32,050 bases of DNA. Source: Acidobacteriota bacterium (lineage in GTDB: Bacteria; Acidobacteriota; Thermoanaerobaculia; Multivoradales; J023). Location: positions 1 through 32,050 of the forward strand of contig JBCCGX010000002.1 of NCBI GenBank assembly GCA_039029035.1, written 5' to 3'. The position numbers were made by a program, and so were the translations under genes. Below, one piece after another: positions 1-7,632 of this stretch (within the stretch, counting starts at the first letter, position 1; each line of letters begins with the position of its first letter). Below the pieces are notes generated by a model that made no database searches, was not told the DNA's origin, and saw only the letters and a program-made list of their open reading frames with translations.

Positions 1-610
1 AGAGAATGCCACCGCCAGTGGCGGCGCGCCACAGGAGCTCCCCGGTGTCGGTGTGCAGCGCATAGACGTGGTGATCGAAGGCGCCAAAAATCACCCGTTC
101 ACCAAAGATCGCCGGCGAGGACTGCTCGCCGCCCGGGCCGAGCTCGTAGCGCCAACGCTCCTCGCCGCTCACTGCATCGAGAGCGTAGAAACGGTCGTCG
201 TCGGCACCGAAGAAAACGTTGCCATTGACGACCGACGGCGAAGCACGCACCAGAGCTCCGACCGGGAAGCGCCACAGCTCGCGGCCGGTGGTCGCGTCGA
301 GGGCAAAGAGGTGCTCGTTGAACGAGCCGACGAAGAGGCGTCCGTTCCACACCGTGGGGGACGATTCCACCTTGCCACCGGTATCGAAGCGCCACAGAAG
401 TTTAGGTTGGCGCAGGAGCGTGACTGGAGACAAGGCCCCGGTGCGCTCCATGTTGCCGCGAAACGTCGGCCACGGGGCGTCTTTGCCGGAAACCTTGGCT
501 GAGGGAGGCTCGGATGTTGCTGGCGCCTCTTTCAGCGCCTCTTCCGGTGCTTCACCGGCGCCGCCGCCACAGCCGAGGAGTGCGATCGCGAGCAACTTTA
601 GAGTCCGCAT
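1..610 (-). CDS. PQQ-like beta-propeller repeat lipoprotein (BamB/PQQ-enzyme-repeat fold), N-terminal ~203 codons; the 3' end lies beyond the left window edge
   Basis: Absent from the ORF track because it runs open to the window edge. My minus-strand translation from ATG 610-608 reads MRTLKLLAIALLGCGGGAGEAPEE..PWPTFRGNMERTGA..LLWRFDTGGKVESSPTVWNGRLFVGSFNEHLFALDATTGRELWRF..VNGNVFFGADDDRFYALDAVSGEERWRY..GERVIFGAFDHHVYALHTDTGELLWRA. It has a lipobox LLGC and three consecutive blades of the form (F/Y)ALD-x2-(T/S)G-x3-W. Confidence 0.85.
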   Translation of the reverse strand, partial: MRTLKLLAIALLGCGGGAGEAPEEALKEAPATSEPPSAKVSGKDAPWPTFRGNMERTGALSPVTLLRQPKLLWRFDTGGKVESSPTVWNGRLFVGSFNEHLFALDATTGRELWRFPVGALVRASPSVVNGNVFFGADDDRFYALDAVSGEERWRYELGPGGEQSSPAIFGERVIFGAFDHHVYALHTDTGELLWRAATGGGIL

Positions 611-651
611 GGATGGATTCTATCGGACAGGAGGAGACGGGGCTCTCGCTG

Positions 652-730
652 CTAGCGCCGGTCTCGGCAGGGGGCTCGAAACTTGGGCTCGGCGCGCATC
701 TCGAGCTGCGCCTGCGCCGAGCTAGAGCGG
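652..730 (-). pseudogene. Short relic of a CHAT-gene 3' end (QAQLEMRAEPKFR...RR-stop)
   Basis: Minus-strand frame gives ..SSAQAQLEMRAEPKFRAPCRDRR*. The intact CHAT protein 330 bp away ends ..LRQAQLELRAEPEFRDPYYWAAFAVYGDWRR*. By hand alignment, 11 of 13 residues and about 85% of about 40 nt (677-718 vs 1009-1050) are identical. The rest of the ORF shows no similarity. Confidence 0.35.
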
Positions 731-892
731 CGGGGGGACTGCGCTCGATCCCAATCAGATTGTCTGACGCTAATCTTCTCCGACTTCTCCGATGACGATG
801 TCCCAGCCAAGTCCGTGCCTTGCTTCAGGCGCTGAGGCACCGTGCCAGGTAGGACAACCGCTTGAAGCTCCATGCTGCTTCATTGAGCAGCC

Positions 893-926
893 CAGCGGGC
901 TTCGCCAAAAGCGGCGAAGCCCGCTG
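893..926 (-). terminator. Strong GC-rich hairpin about 30 nt downstream of the CHAT-1 stop; likely an intrinsic terminator without a trailing U-tract
   Basis: Perfect 14-bp stem CAGCGGGCTTCGCC (893-906) / GGCGAAGCCCGCTG (913-926) with a 6-nt loop (GCUUUU on the minus strand). No T-run follows the stem. Confidence 0.5.
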
Positions 927-956
927 CCCCTCGGCAGGCCTCACTATGGCCTACTC

Positions 957-3900
957 CTAGCGCCGCCAGTCGCCGTAGACGGCGAAAGCAGCCCAATAGT
1001 AGGGATCACGAAACTCGGGCTCGGCGCGCAGCTCGAGTTGGGCTTGGCGGAGGGCGGCGGCCGGGTTGATGCGCTCCGGTCGTACGGGATCGGCCAGCAG
1101 GCGGCGATAGAAACGATCCATGAGTTCGGCCGCGGCGCGGTCCTGCACCCGCCACAGACTGGCGACCAGGCGACGGGCACCGGCAGCGAAGAAGCCGCGA
1201 GTGAGGCCGACGAGTCCTTCACCACGAACCTCGGGGCCGAGGGCGGTACGGCAACCGCTCAGCACCACCAGCTCGGCGTCGAGCTGTAGGTTGTAGATCT
1301 CGGGCAGGCGCAGGAAACCGTCGCGCGGCTTGCCGTCGACATCATGCATCGACAGCACCAGGGCCGAGAGCTCGGGGTGCTCCGCGTCGATAATGCCGTG
1401 CGTGGCGAAGTGCACCATACGATAGTCGCGCAGCCGTTCGCCTGCGACGGCGTCGAGGTTGGCGTCGAAGCCGAGAGACAAGGCCGCTTGATCTTTGCCG
1501 GCGTGCGCGGCGATGGCCTCGGCCTCCCAACGGCTCCAGGCCAGGCGCTCGTAAGCGAAGTTGCGCAAGCGGTGGCCGTGCAGCCTCACCGACGCCGCAA
1601 CGTCGGCTTCAGCCGTCAAGCTGCCGGAGCTGTCGAGCCTGGAGTCTGGCGGACCGAAGACCGGATCGGCCAGGATCGCCAGCCCTTTGGGTGCGGTGGG
1701 GCGAGTGGCCAGCGTTCGGCGCTGCACAGCCAGAGCCGAGGCGGAAGGGAGAGCGATGACTTCGTGGCGCGCGAGAAGGGGCTCGGAATCATCGAGAGGG
1801 TGCGGCAAGGCGGCGAAGGGTAAGTAATGTAGCGCGCCGTCGGCGACGATCACCAGCCGCTGATCCGTCAGGCGGTGGGCCACCGGGCTTAGGACGATTT
1901 CGCTCAGCTGGTGCAGCGCTGCGGCATCGGCGGCCTGCGCCCGCGGATCCAGTAAGCGTAGGCCCTCGTAGGCCCGGCGCGTCGTGGATTCGATCGCCGC
2001 CCGCCCGGGTAGCTCGAAGCTGTTGATCGCCTGGTCGGTCACCGACCACAGATAGGTCTTGTCTTCTCCCAGAGCGTATTGCAGCAGGAGAGTTCCCGGG
2101 TCGAGCAAGGCGCGAATCGCGCGAGCTCGCAGAGGCTTAGGATGGACGATAGCTCCCCAGGCCGGGCTCTGGCGACGAATCTCGTTGTCGATATCCTCCA
2201 GCTGGGTGAGGATCTCTCTTTCCTCGCCGGCCAATCGCTTGGCCTCGATCGACTTCTCCGGCTGACCGAAGAGTCGCCTGCGGCGCTCGGTTCTGAGGCT
2301 CAAGCGTTCGAGGAGCCCCTTCTGACGTGTGAGCAGGTCCCTGTTCGCCGTCTGCCTCAGGCCGGCTCTCGATTCCTTCAGCAGGTCGAGCAGGTTGCGT
2401 GCGCGAGCTCGTTCGCTGATCTCGAGAGCGTTTCCGGCCCATCCGCCGGTTGGGTCCAAGCGGTGCAGTCGCATCGCGAGGTCCATCGCCAGCTCGAAGG
2501 CGGTGGCATGTCGGGCCAGCAGGGAGGTCCGCAGCCCTAGGCTGTCGACATCGGCGCGGCGAGCCTCGAGCAGCTCGAGGGCGCGAGCAGAGTGTCGGTA
2601 GGCCGCGTGGATCTGCGGCCCGTCGTGTCCATCAAGCCTGATTCCCTTGGCGCGAGCCAGGGCCACGAGCGCTGCGCTCTCTCCGATCGCATCGCCGGTG
2701 GCGCGAAAAATCCCCAGAGCACGCTCGAGTTGTGCGATCGCCGCTGGCGCATCACCGGAGGCCCTCGACACTTCTCCCAGAACAGTCAGAGCGAGCCCCT
2801 GGCGCCATCGATGGGCGCCGTGTTCGAGAAGGGCCAGAGCGTCCTCGAGATACTCGGTGGCTCGTGTCAGTTGGCCGGACTCTTTCTCTACCCGTGCGAG
2901 ATCGATGAGCGTGGTGGCCTCACCCCTGCGATCGCCGTTCTCGCGCCATAGATCGAGAGCCTTCGAGTAGAGCTCGATCGCCGCCTGCTGCTCGCCCTGG
3001 GCGGCATGGGACAAGCCGAGATTGGACAGGGTGAGTGCTTCACCGCGTCGGTCCCCGGCCTTGCGTCGTAGAGCGAGAGCGGCTTGCAGAGTGCTGCGAG
3101 ATCGTGCCAAGTCGCCGAGCCGCCAGTAGGTCATTCCGAGGTTGTTGAGCACCCGGGCCTCGCCGCGGCGGTCGCCCAACTGGCGCCGCGCTTCGAGCGC
3201 CAAGCGGTAGGTTTCCAGGGCTTCCTGGAGCCGTCCGGTGCGGCGGTGTATCGAAGCCACGTTGTTCCAGACCGCTGCCTGCTGCTTGCGGTCGCCAGCG
3301 CGGTGGTGCAGCGCCAGCGCCAGCTGATAGTGCTGCAGAGCTTGCACCGGCTCGCCCAGTAGATCGAACACACCGCCGAGATTGTTCAGCACCCGTCCTT
3401 CCTGGCGGATGTCGCCGATCTGGCGGAAGAGTTGCAAGGCCTGCTGGTAGGGCAGCAGAGCTCCTTGGGGAGTCGTTCGGGCGTGCACCAGGCCGAGGTA
3501 ATTGAGGGTCCGAGCCTGCCCGGATCGATCGCCCAACTGTCGCCAGAGCACGAGCCCCTCTCGGTAGCGCTCTACAGCCTCTTCGGTCTCACCCAGGCGC
3601 CGGGCTACGGAGCCCATTTCGATCAAGGCGCGAGCCGTGCCGCGACGGTCCTCGAGACCTTGCCAGAGAGCCAGCGCCTGGCGAAGCTCGGTGAGGCCGG
3701 CCTGCGCCTGACCGAGCTTGCCGTGGATCATGGCGAGCAGGAAGTGGGTGCGGGCGACGGCTGCGTCTTGCTGCAGTCGCCGCCAGGCGACGAGGGCTTC
3801 TCGGAGCTGGCTCAGGGCCTGCGCGAGAGCCGCCGAGGTGTTCTCGACGTTGAGCCGCCCGGCCTCGCTGGCGGCCCGCTCGGCAGTCAGGCGGAGTCGA

Positions 3901-4367
3901 TCTTCGACACTGTCACCGACGCGTCGCTCGACACCGAGACTATAGCGGCCCGGCGCGACACCCGGTGCCGGAGAGCGGATCTCGACGACGTACTCGACAT
4001 CGGCCTTGGCCCGGAAGAGCAAGCTCTCACGACCCCATTGACCGTTCGGGTTGTCGATTTCGATCAACCCCGAGCCATCCGGGCCGAAGAGCCTGAGGAT
4101 CACATCGATTCCGCCTTGGGTCACCTCCAGGTACAGGTCTTCGTCACGATCCAGTGTCAGGGGGAAGCGATGGGCTTCACCGCCGGCCAGGGTTCGCGCG
4201 AGAGACGTGCCAACCTTGGGAAGGTGATGCTCCTCGTCGGCCCGAAGCCCGACCGCGGCAAGTGCGAGCCACATTGGCCACAAGACAAGGGTGGCCCTCA
4301 CCACCGGCCTATGTTTCGACCCAAGGCTGCCGGTGGCCCCGTCGCCGCCCTCAGCTAGCTCTAGCAC
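957..4367 (-). CDS. Exported TPR-repeat CHAT-domain (caspase-like, clan CD) protease, paralog 1
   Basis: 1136-aa ORF. GTG start at 4367 lies 3 nt after GGAGG; alternative GTGs at 4304/4301. Basic N-region followed by the hydrophobic segment LVLWPMWLALAAVGL (signal or anchor), then a beta-sandwich-like segment. More than 10 TPR-like units carry the recurring G(D/E)RxGEAxxLxNLG. C-terminal CHAT domain has His in HFATHG and Cys in VVLSGCRT. Confidence 0.95.
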   Translation of the reverse strand: MLELAEGGDGATGSLGSKHRPVVRATLVLWPMWLALAAVGLRADEEHHLPKVGTSLARTLAGGEAHRFPLTLDRDEDLYLEVTQGGIDVILRLFGPDGSGLIEIDNPNGQWGRESLLFRAKADVEYVVEIRSPAPGVAPGRYSLGVERRVGDSVEDRLRLTAERAASEAGRLNVENTSAALAQALSQLREALVAWRRLQQDAAVARTHFLLAMIHGKLGQAQAGLTELRQALALWQGLEDRRGTARALIEMGSVARRLGETEEAVERYREGLVLWRQLGDRSGQARTLNYLGLVHARTTPQGALLPYQQALQLFRQIGDIRQEGRVLNNLGGVFDLLGEPVQALQHYQLALALHHRAGDRKQQAAVWNNVASIHRRTGRLQEALETYRLALEARRQLGDRRGEARVLNNLGMTYWRLGDLARSRSTLQAALALRRKAGDRRGEALTLSNLGLSHAAQGEQQAAIELYSKALDLWRENGDRRGEATTLIDLARVEKESGQLTRATEYLEDALALLEHGAHRWRQGLALTVLGEVSRASGDAPAAIAQLERALGIFRATGDAIGESAALVALARAKGIRLDGHDGPQIHAAYRHSARALELLEARRADVDSLGLRTSLLARHATAFELAMDLAMRLHRLDPTGGWAGNALEISERARARNLLDLLKESRAGLRQTANRDLLTRQKGLLERLSLRTERRRRLFGQPEKSIEAKRLAGEEREILTQLEDIDNEIRRQSPAWGAIVHPKPLRARAIRALLDPGTLLLQYALGEDKTYLWSVTDQAINSFELPGRAAIESTTRRAYEGLRLLDPRAQAADAAALHQLSEIVLSPVAHRLTDQRLVIVADGALHYLPFAALPHPLDDSEPLLARHEVIALPSASALAVQRRTLATRPTAPKGLAILADPVFGPPDSRLDSSGSLTAEADVAASVRLHGHRLRNFAYERLAWSRWEAEAIAAHAGKDQAALSLGFDANLDAVAGERLRDYRMVHFATHGIIDAEHPELSALVLSMHDVDGKPRDGFLRLPEIYNLQLDAELVVLSGCRTALGPEVRGEGLVGLTRGFFAAGARRLVASLWRVQDRAAAELMDRFYRRLLADPVRPERINPAAALRQAQLELRAEPEFRDPYYWAAFAVYGDWRR

Positions 4368-4774
4368 TCACCTCCGTCACCGCCCTCTTCCGCTTCCCAG
4401 GTGCCCGGGTCGGGGTCTTCTCCCGGCAAACCAGGCCGTTGATAGAGCAGGCCCTTGATTCGTTTCTTGCCGAACATCGATGGCTTCCAGCGGTAGATGA
4501 CGAAGTCGCATGGGGGAGGCGATTCCCCGCCTTCCGTTTGCACGTTCGGGTTGACCGATCCACAGAGGGTATTGCCATCCGGGCTGGAATAGTCGACCTG
4601 CCAGAAGTTCGGGCCGGTATTCGGCACCACTGCGGTGACCTGCTTCGTGGTGCCCAGATGCTCGGGCGCAATGTCGATCTTCGGATCGCCGTCCATCGGC
4701 GGAGGGAGGATGGCCTTAGCCAATCCGCTTCGAGAGGTGACTTTCCAGCTACCGTACAAAGGGTGATCTGTCAT
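4361..4774 (-). CDS. Hypothetical 137-aa protein with an acidic Gly-rich C-terminal tail, in the operon between the anti-sigma and CHAT genes
   Basis: ATG 4774 is preceded by GAGGAA with a 5-nt spacer. It starts 9 nt after the anti-sigma stop, and its last codons contain the CHAT-1 RBS and start (7-nt overlap). I see no signal peptide and no family I can name. Confidence 0.75.
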   Translation of the reverse strand: MTDHPLYGSWKVTSRSGLAKAILPPPMDGDPKIDIAPEHLGTTKQVTAVVPNTGPNFWQVDYSSPDGNTLCGSVNPNVQTEGGESPPPCDFVIYRWKPSMFGKKRIKGLLYQRPGLPGEDPDPGTWEAEEGGDGGEC

Positions 4775-4783
4775 GGTGTTTCC

Positions 4784-5506
4784 TCACTTCTCAAGATTGT
4801 TGCGTTCCGAGTACTCACCGCGTCGCACACGGAAAGGGAACCGCATCACCTGCGGTGACCCGCCCGCTGGGCTCGACGGTGCCAGCTCCAGGGTGTAATC
4901 CGCCGCCTCGAGCCAGGTCGAGTGGATGCTGAGCACCACTTGACCAGCAGCATCGGGGGTTAGCGACTCGCTGTGCCAGAGGACAGGGCCCCCGGTCTGG
5001 ACGAGGCGACCTCGATACGATGCTGCGGCCGAGTCGGGGGGGAGTTGGAGAGCGAAGGCCATCCACTCGGGCTCGGAGGTCAACGTCAGCTGAACGCTGG
5101 GCTCGTCGCCCGGGGCAGAACGCTCCGGGCTGAGGACGATACCCGTGCCTGTCGGTCGCGGTGCCAAGGCCTGGTCGAGCTCGCCTCGCAGGTCGGAGAT
5201 CCGCGAACCGAGCCACACCGAAGGCAAGATCGCTACCGCTATGAGGCCGAGGACCAGGACGCCTTGCAGCGGCCGGCCGTAGCGCGCCAGCCAGGCGAGC
5301 ACGGCGCTCCGCGCCACGGTCTTTGTCCCTTCCTCGGCCGCCACTTCGCGCAAACCTTGCACCAGCCGCTTGCTGAGCTCGAGCTGTTCCAAGCACTGCG
5401 AGCAGTCGAGGTAGTGCTCCTCGAATTGCCCTGCCTCTCCGGCTGTGAGCTGGCCCAGCAAGTAGCGCTCCACGATGTTGTGCTCCTCGATGCTCGAGTG
5501 ATCCAT
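4784..5506 (-). CDS. Anti-sigma factor: N-terminal zf-HC2 anti-sigma domain, one TM helix, extracytoplasmic C-terminal domain
   Basis: MDHSSIEEHNIVERYLLGQL..EEHYLDCSQCLEQLE matches the H-x3-C-x2-C signature. TM helix is VLVLGLIAVAILPSVWLG. AAGGAG lies 6 nt upstream of ATG 5506. The gene sits directly downstream of the ECF sigma gene. Confidence 0.85.
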   Translation of the reverse strand: MDHSSIEEHNIVERYLLGQLTAGEAGQFEEHYLDCSQCLEQLELSKRLVQGLREVAAEEGTKTVARSAVLAWLARYGRPLQGVLVLGLIAVAILPSVWLGSRISDLRGELDQALAPRPTGTGIVLSPERSAPGDEPSVQLTLTSEPEWMAFALQLPPDSAAASYRGRLVQTGGPVLWHSESLTPDAAGQVVLSIHSTWLEAADYTLELAPSSPAGGSPQVMRFPFRVRRGEYSERNNLEK

Positions 5507-5609
5507 CGCCTGTCTCCTTAACCCGCTTGCCGACTTGAGTCGTGCGTTGGCGAGTCCCCGTCTACAGAGTGCATTATTCGGCGCGCTATCTCACCCGAAT
5601 TTGAAAATC

Positions 5610-6233
5610 TCATGTTTCAGCCTCGCTGAAGCCCGGCAGCCTCTGCCTCTTGTGGTAGCGCTGCACCAGATCCTTGAGCCGTCCGCGAGCCCGGTGTAGA
5701 ACGCGGTTGAAGTGGAGGCTGGAGAGGTCAAAGGCGGCGCAGATGTCTTCTTTACGGTGCTCGGCGATAAAGAAGCGAAAGAGGATCTGGCGGTCGCGCT
5801 CGGGCTCGAGCTCGGCCAGCAAACGGCGCACGATGGTGGCGTTCTCTTTTGCGAGCAGGCGAGCCAACGGGCTAGGCGCGGGATCGGGTGGCGGCGCCAC
5901 GTCGTCCGCACCGCCGCCCGAGACCGTTGGCTGTTTGACCCCTTTGCGGTATTCGGCGATGAACAGATTGCGCGCGATCTGACGGATGAAGGCGGCGAGC
6001 TTGTCGGGATCGCGCAACTCGCCGTCACGGACCTTCTCGAGTGCCAGCCTGAAGGTCTCCTGGTGCAGGTCGTCGGCCCGCGCCGGATCACGAGTGAGCT
6101 CGAGCAGCAGAAACTTGACACCGCGACTGAAGCGCTCGACCATCTCGACTTCGGCCTGAGCTTCGCCGGCCAAGATTCGGCGCACCAGCTCGGCGGGAGC
6201 CGCTGGGGAAGTCGGATCCAGAGGTGTCATCAT
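5610..6233 (-). CDS. ECF-type RNA polymerase sigma-70 family factor
   Basis: Region 2 (DDLHQETFRLALEK..FIRQIARNLFIAEYRK) and region 4 (RQILFRFFIAEHRKEDICAAFDLSSLHFNRVLHRARGRLK) are recognisable. The ORF is open to 6284, but the ATG-ATG pair at 6233/6230 gives a typical N-terminus, so the start is uncertain. Confidence 0.92.
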   Translation of the reverse strand: MMTPLDPTSPAAPAELVRRILAGEAQAEVEMVERFSRGVKFLLLELTRDPARADDLHQETFRLALEKVRDGELRDPDKLAAFIRQIARNLFIAEYRKGVKQPTVSGGGADDVAPPPDPAPSPLARLLAKENATIVRRLLAELEPERDRQILFRFFIAEHRKEDICAAFDLSSLHFNRVLHRARGRLKDLVQRYHKRQRLPGFSEAET

Positions 6234-6348
6234 CGACGCTGCAAGCGGTCTGAGCGGAATATGGCGAACCTCTCCACGATACATGAGATTGCCGTCCTCG
6301 TCGATGTGCTCGCGAACAATCCGAGTGGATTAAAATGTCGGCTGGGGA

Positions 6349-6374
6349 ACCGCTCGGCGCCGGCACCGAGCGGT
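6349..6374. promoter_or_regulatory. 9-bp inverted repeat in the divergent sigma/thioesterase promoter region
   Basis: ACCGCTCGG (6349-6357) / CCGAGCGGT (6366-6374) with an 8-nt loop, 40 nt upstream of ATG 6414. Function unknown; it could be an operator or a 5'-UTR hairpin. Confidence 0.25.
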
Positions 6375-6413
6375 ATCGTTTCGGGGTCGGTCGAATCTCG
6401 AGCAGGAGGTCGC

Positions 6414-6923
6414 ATGGAGGAGAGTGGACACGACGGGTCGCCGAAGGACGGGCTGCCGAAAGATGATTCGTCGGAGGACGACGTCCTCGCGGTCGCCCGT
6501 CGAATTTTCCAAGAGAAGGTCCCCTTCCATCGCACCCTCGGCTTCGAGATCGCGGTCGACACGGCCGATCGCGTCGCCCTGCGCTTCGATTTTCGCCAGG
6601 GTTTGATCGGTAACCCGGTGCGCGGTGCCCTGCATGGTGGGGTGATCTCCGCTGCCTTGGACTCGATCGGCGGCTTGGTCGCCTTCGTCGATCAACTGGA
6701 GAAGATGCCAGAGGCGAGCAGCGAAGAGAAACTGGCTCGCTTACGGCGCATCGGCACCGTCGACCTACGGGTGGACTACCTGCGGTCGGGCGTCGGCGAG
6801 TACTTCCTGGCGACGGGCGAGGTGCTCCGGGCCGGCAACAAGGTGGTGGTGACCCGCATGGAGTTGTGTAACGACGCAGGCACCAGGATCGCAGTTGGCA
6901 CCGGGACCTATCTGGTCAGCTAG
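6414..6923 (+). CDS. PaaI/hotdog-fold thioesterase family protein
   Basis: This is the C-terminal part of the 403-aa track ORF. ATG 6414 is preceded by AGGAGG (6404-6409). The motif NPVRGALHGGVISAALDSIGG plus the ..VVVTRMELCNDAGTRIAVGTGTYLV pattern is typical of PaaI-type thioesterases. Confidence 0.9.
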   Translation: MEESGHDGSPKDGLPKDDSSEDDVLAVARRIFQEKVPFHRTLGFEIAVDTADRVALRFDFRQGLIGNPVRGALHGGVISAALDSIGGLVAFVDQLEKMPEASSEEKLARLRRIGTVDLRVDYLRSGVGEYFLATGEVLRAGNKVVVTRMELCNDAGTRIAVGTGTYLVS

Positions 6924-7513
6924 CCTGCCATTCGTCCGTCGAGCTCGAGCTCGGCGGCGACGCCTTGCATTGCTTCCAGCACGTTGCCGACGTGTTGCCA
7001 GAGCTCCAGCTTGTCGTCGAAGCATTGCTGGCTGAACGCCGCGGCGGCTTCCTGGACTTCCTGACGGTCGACGGCGGCGCAGAAATGCTTGTCCTTCCAG
7101 TTGCGCTTGACCGACTTCACTTTCATTCGCCGCAGGTCCTTCTGCGGCCGCACGTAGGCCCCAGCGATGATGATGCCGGTGATCTCGTCGCAGGCGCAGA
7201 GGGCAAAGTCCATCGGTGCTGCGGGGTGCACTCCGCTACCGGCGGGGTTGTGGGCCAGGATCGCTTGCACGACCTCGTCGGGACAGCCACGCTGGCGCAG
7301 GATGGGGGCGCCCTCGGCAGGGTGCTGCTCGGTCGTCGGATGAATCTCCCAATCGAAGTCATGCAGGAGGCCGGCCAGACCCCAGGCCTCGGGATCGCCG
7401 TCCAGCTTCGGGGCATACCAGCGCATCGCTGCTTCGACGGCCAGCATATGGCGCCGCAGGCCAGCGTCCTGGACGTGCTCGGTCAAGATTTCCCACCCGG
7501 TCGCTCGATCCAT
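6920..7513 (-). CDS. HD/HDIG-superfamily metal-dependent phosphohydrolase
   Basis: Contains LAGLLHDFDWEIHP and ..VVQAILAHN. AAGGAG lies 6 nt upstream of ATG 7513; the upstream Arg-rich extension to 7627 looks non-coding. The stop overlaps the thioesterase stop (CTAG 6920-6923). Confidence 0.88.
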   Translation of the reverse strand: MDRATGWEILTEHVQDAGLRRHMLAVEAAMRWYAPKLDGDPEAWGLAGLLHDFDWEIHPTTEQHPAEGAPILRQRGCPDEVVQAILAHNPAGSGVHPAAPMDFALCACDEITGIIIAGAYVRPQKDLRRMKVKSVKRNWKDKHFCAAVDRQEVQEAAAAFSQQCFDDKLELWQHVGNVLEAMQGVAAELELDGRMAG

Positions 7514-7632
7514 CGCAGGCTCCTTGGTCATCTCTGGGGGGCGCGATCTTAGCAGGGACGGCCGACGGCGGTTCAACCTCGGCCGGTGATTCGATACCAT
7601 GGGCCGAGCTCGACGCACGCGGGACAATACCG

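Noticed and set aside
775-792. Tandem 9-mers CTTCTCCGA x2 (775-792) and CGGAACGAG x2 (19601-19618) considered as CRISPR or minisatellite
   Set aside because: There are only two adjacent copies with no spacers and no cas genes, which is too short to call a repeat element.
53-795. Plus-strand ORFs 53-502, 219-725 and 514-795, and minus-strand ORFs 99-395 and 169-378
   Set aside because: They are Arg/Pro/Ala-rich shadow ORFs typical of high-GC DNA. The region is explained by the minus-strand beta-propeller gene and the CHAT relic.
1344-4858. Plus-strand ORFs inside or antisense to CHAT-1 and its neighbours (e.g. 1344-1823, 3432-4358, 4154-4858)
   Set aside because: They are antisense to a 1136-aa ORF with clear TPR/CHAT motifs, have low-complexity Arg/Gly/Ala composition, and lack RBS support.
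5712-6413. N-terminal two-thirds of the 403-aa plus-strand ORF
   Set aside because: It is the antisense of the well-supported ECF sigma gene. Only the part from ATG 6414 (AGGAGG RBS, thioesterase motifs) looks real.
6920-6923. Convergent thioesterase and HD genes share the palindrome CTAG as stop codon on both strands
   Set aside because: This is a real but trivial 4-bp overlap that is common in compact genomes and carries no functional implication.
7216-7632. N-terminal extension of the 388-aa ORF and the extension of the HD gene to 7627
   Set aside because: The extensions are Arg/Pro-rich and overlap the convergent or divergent neighbour. Internal ATGs (7633, and 7513 with its AAGGAG RBS) give sensible N-termini.
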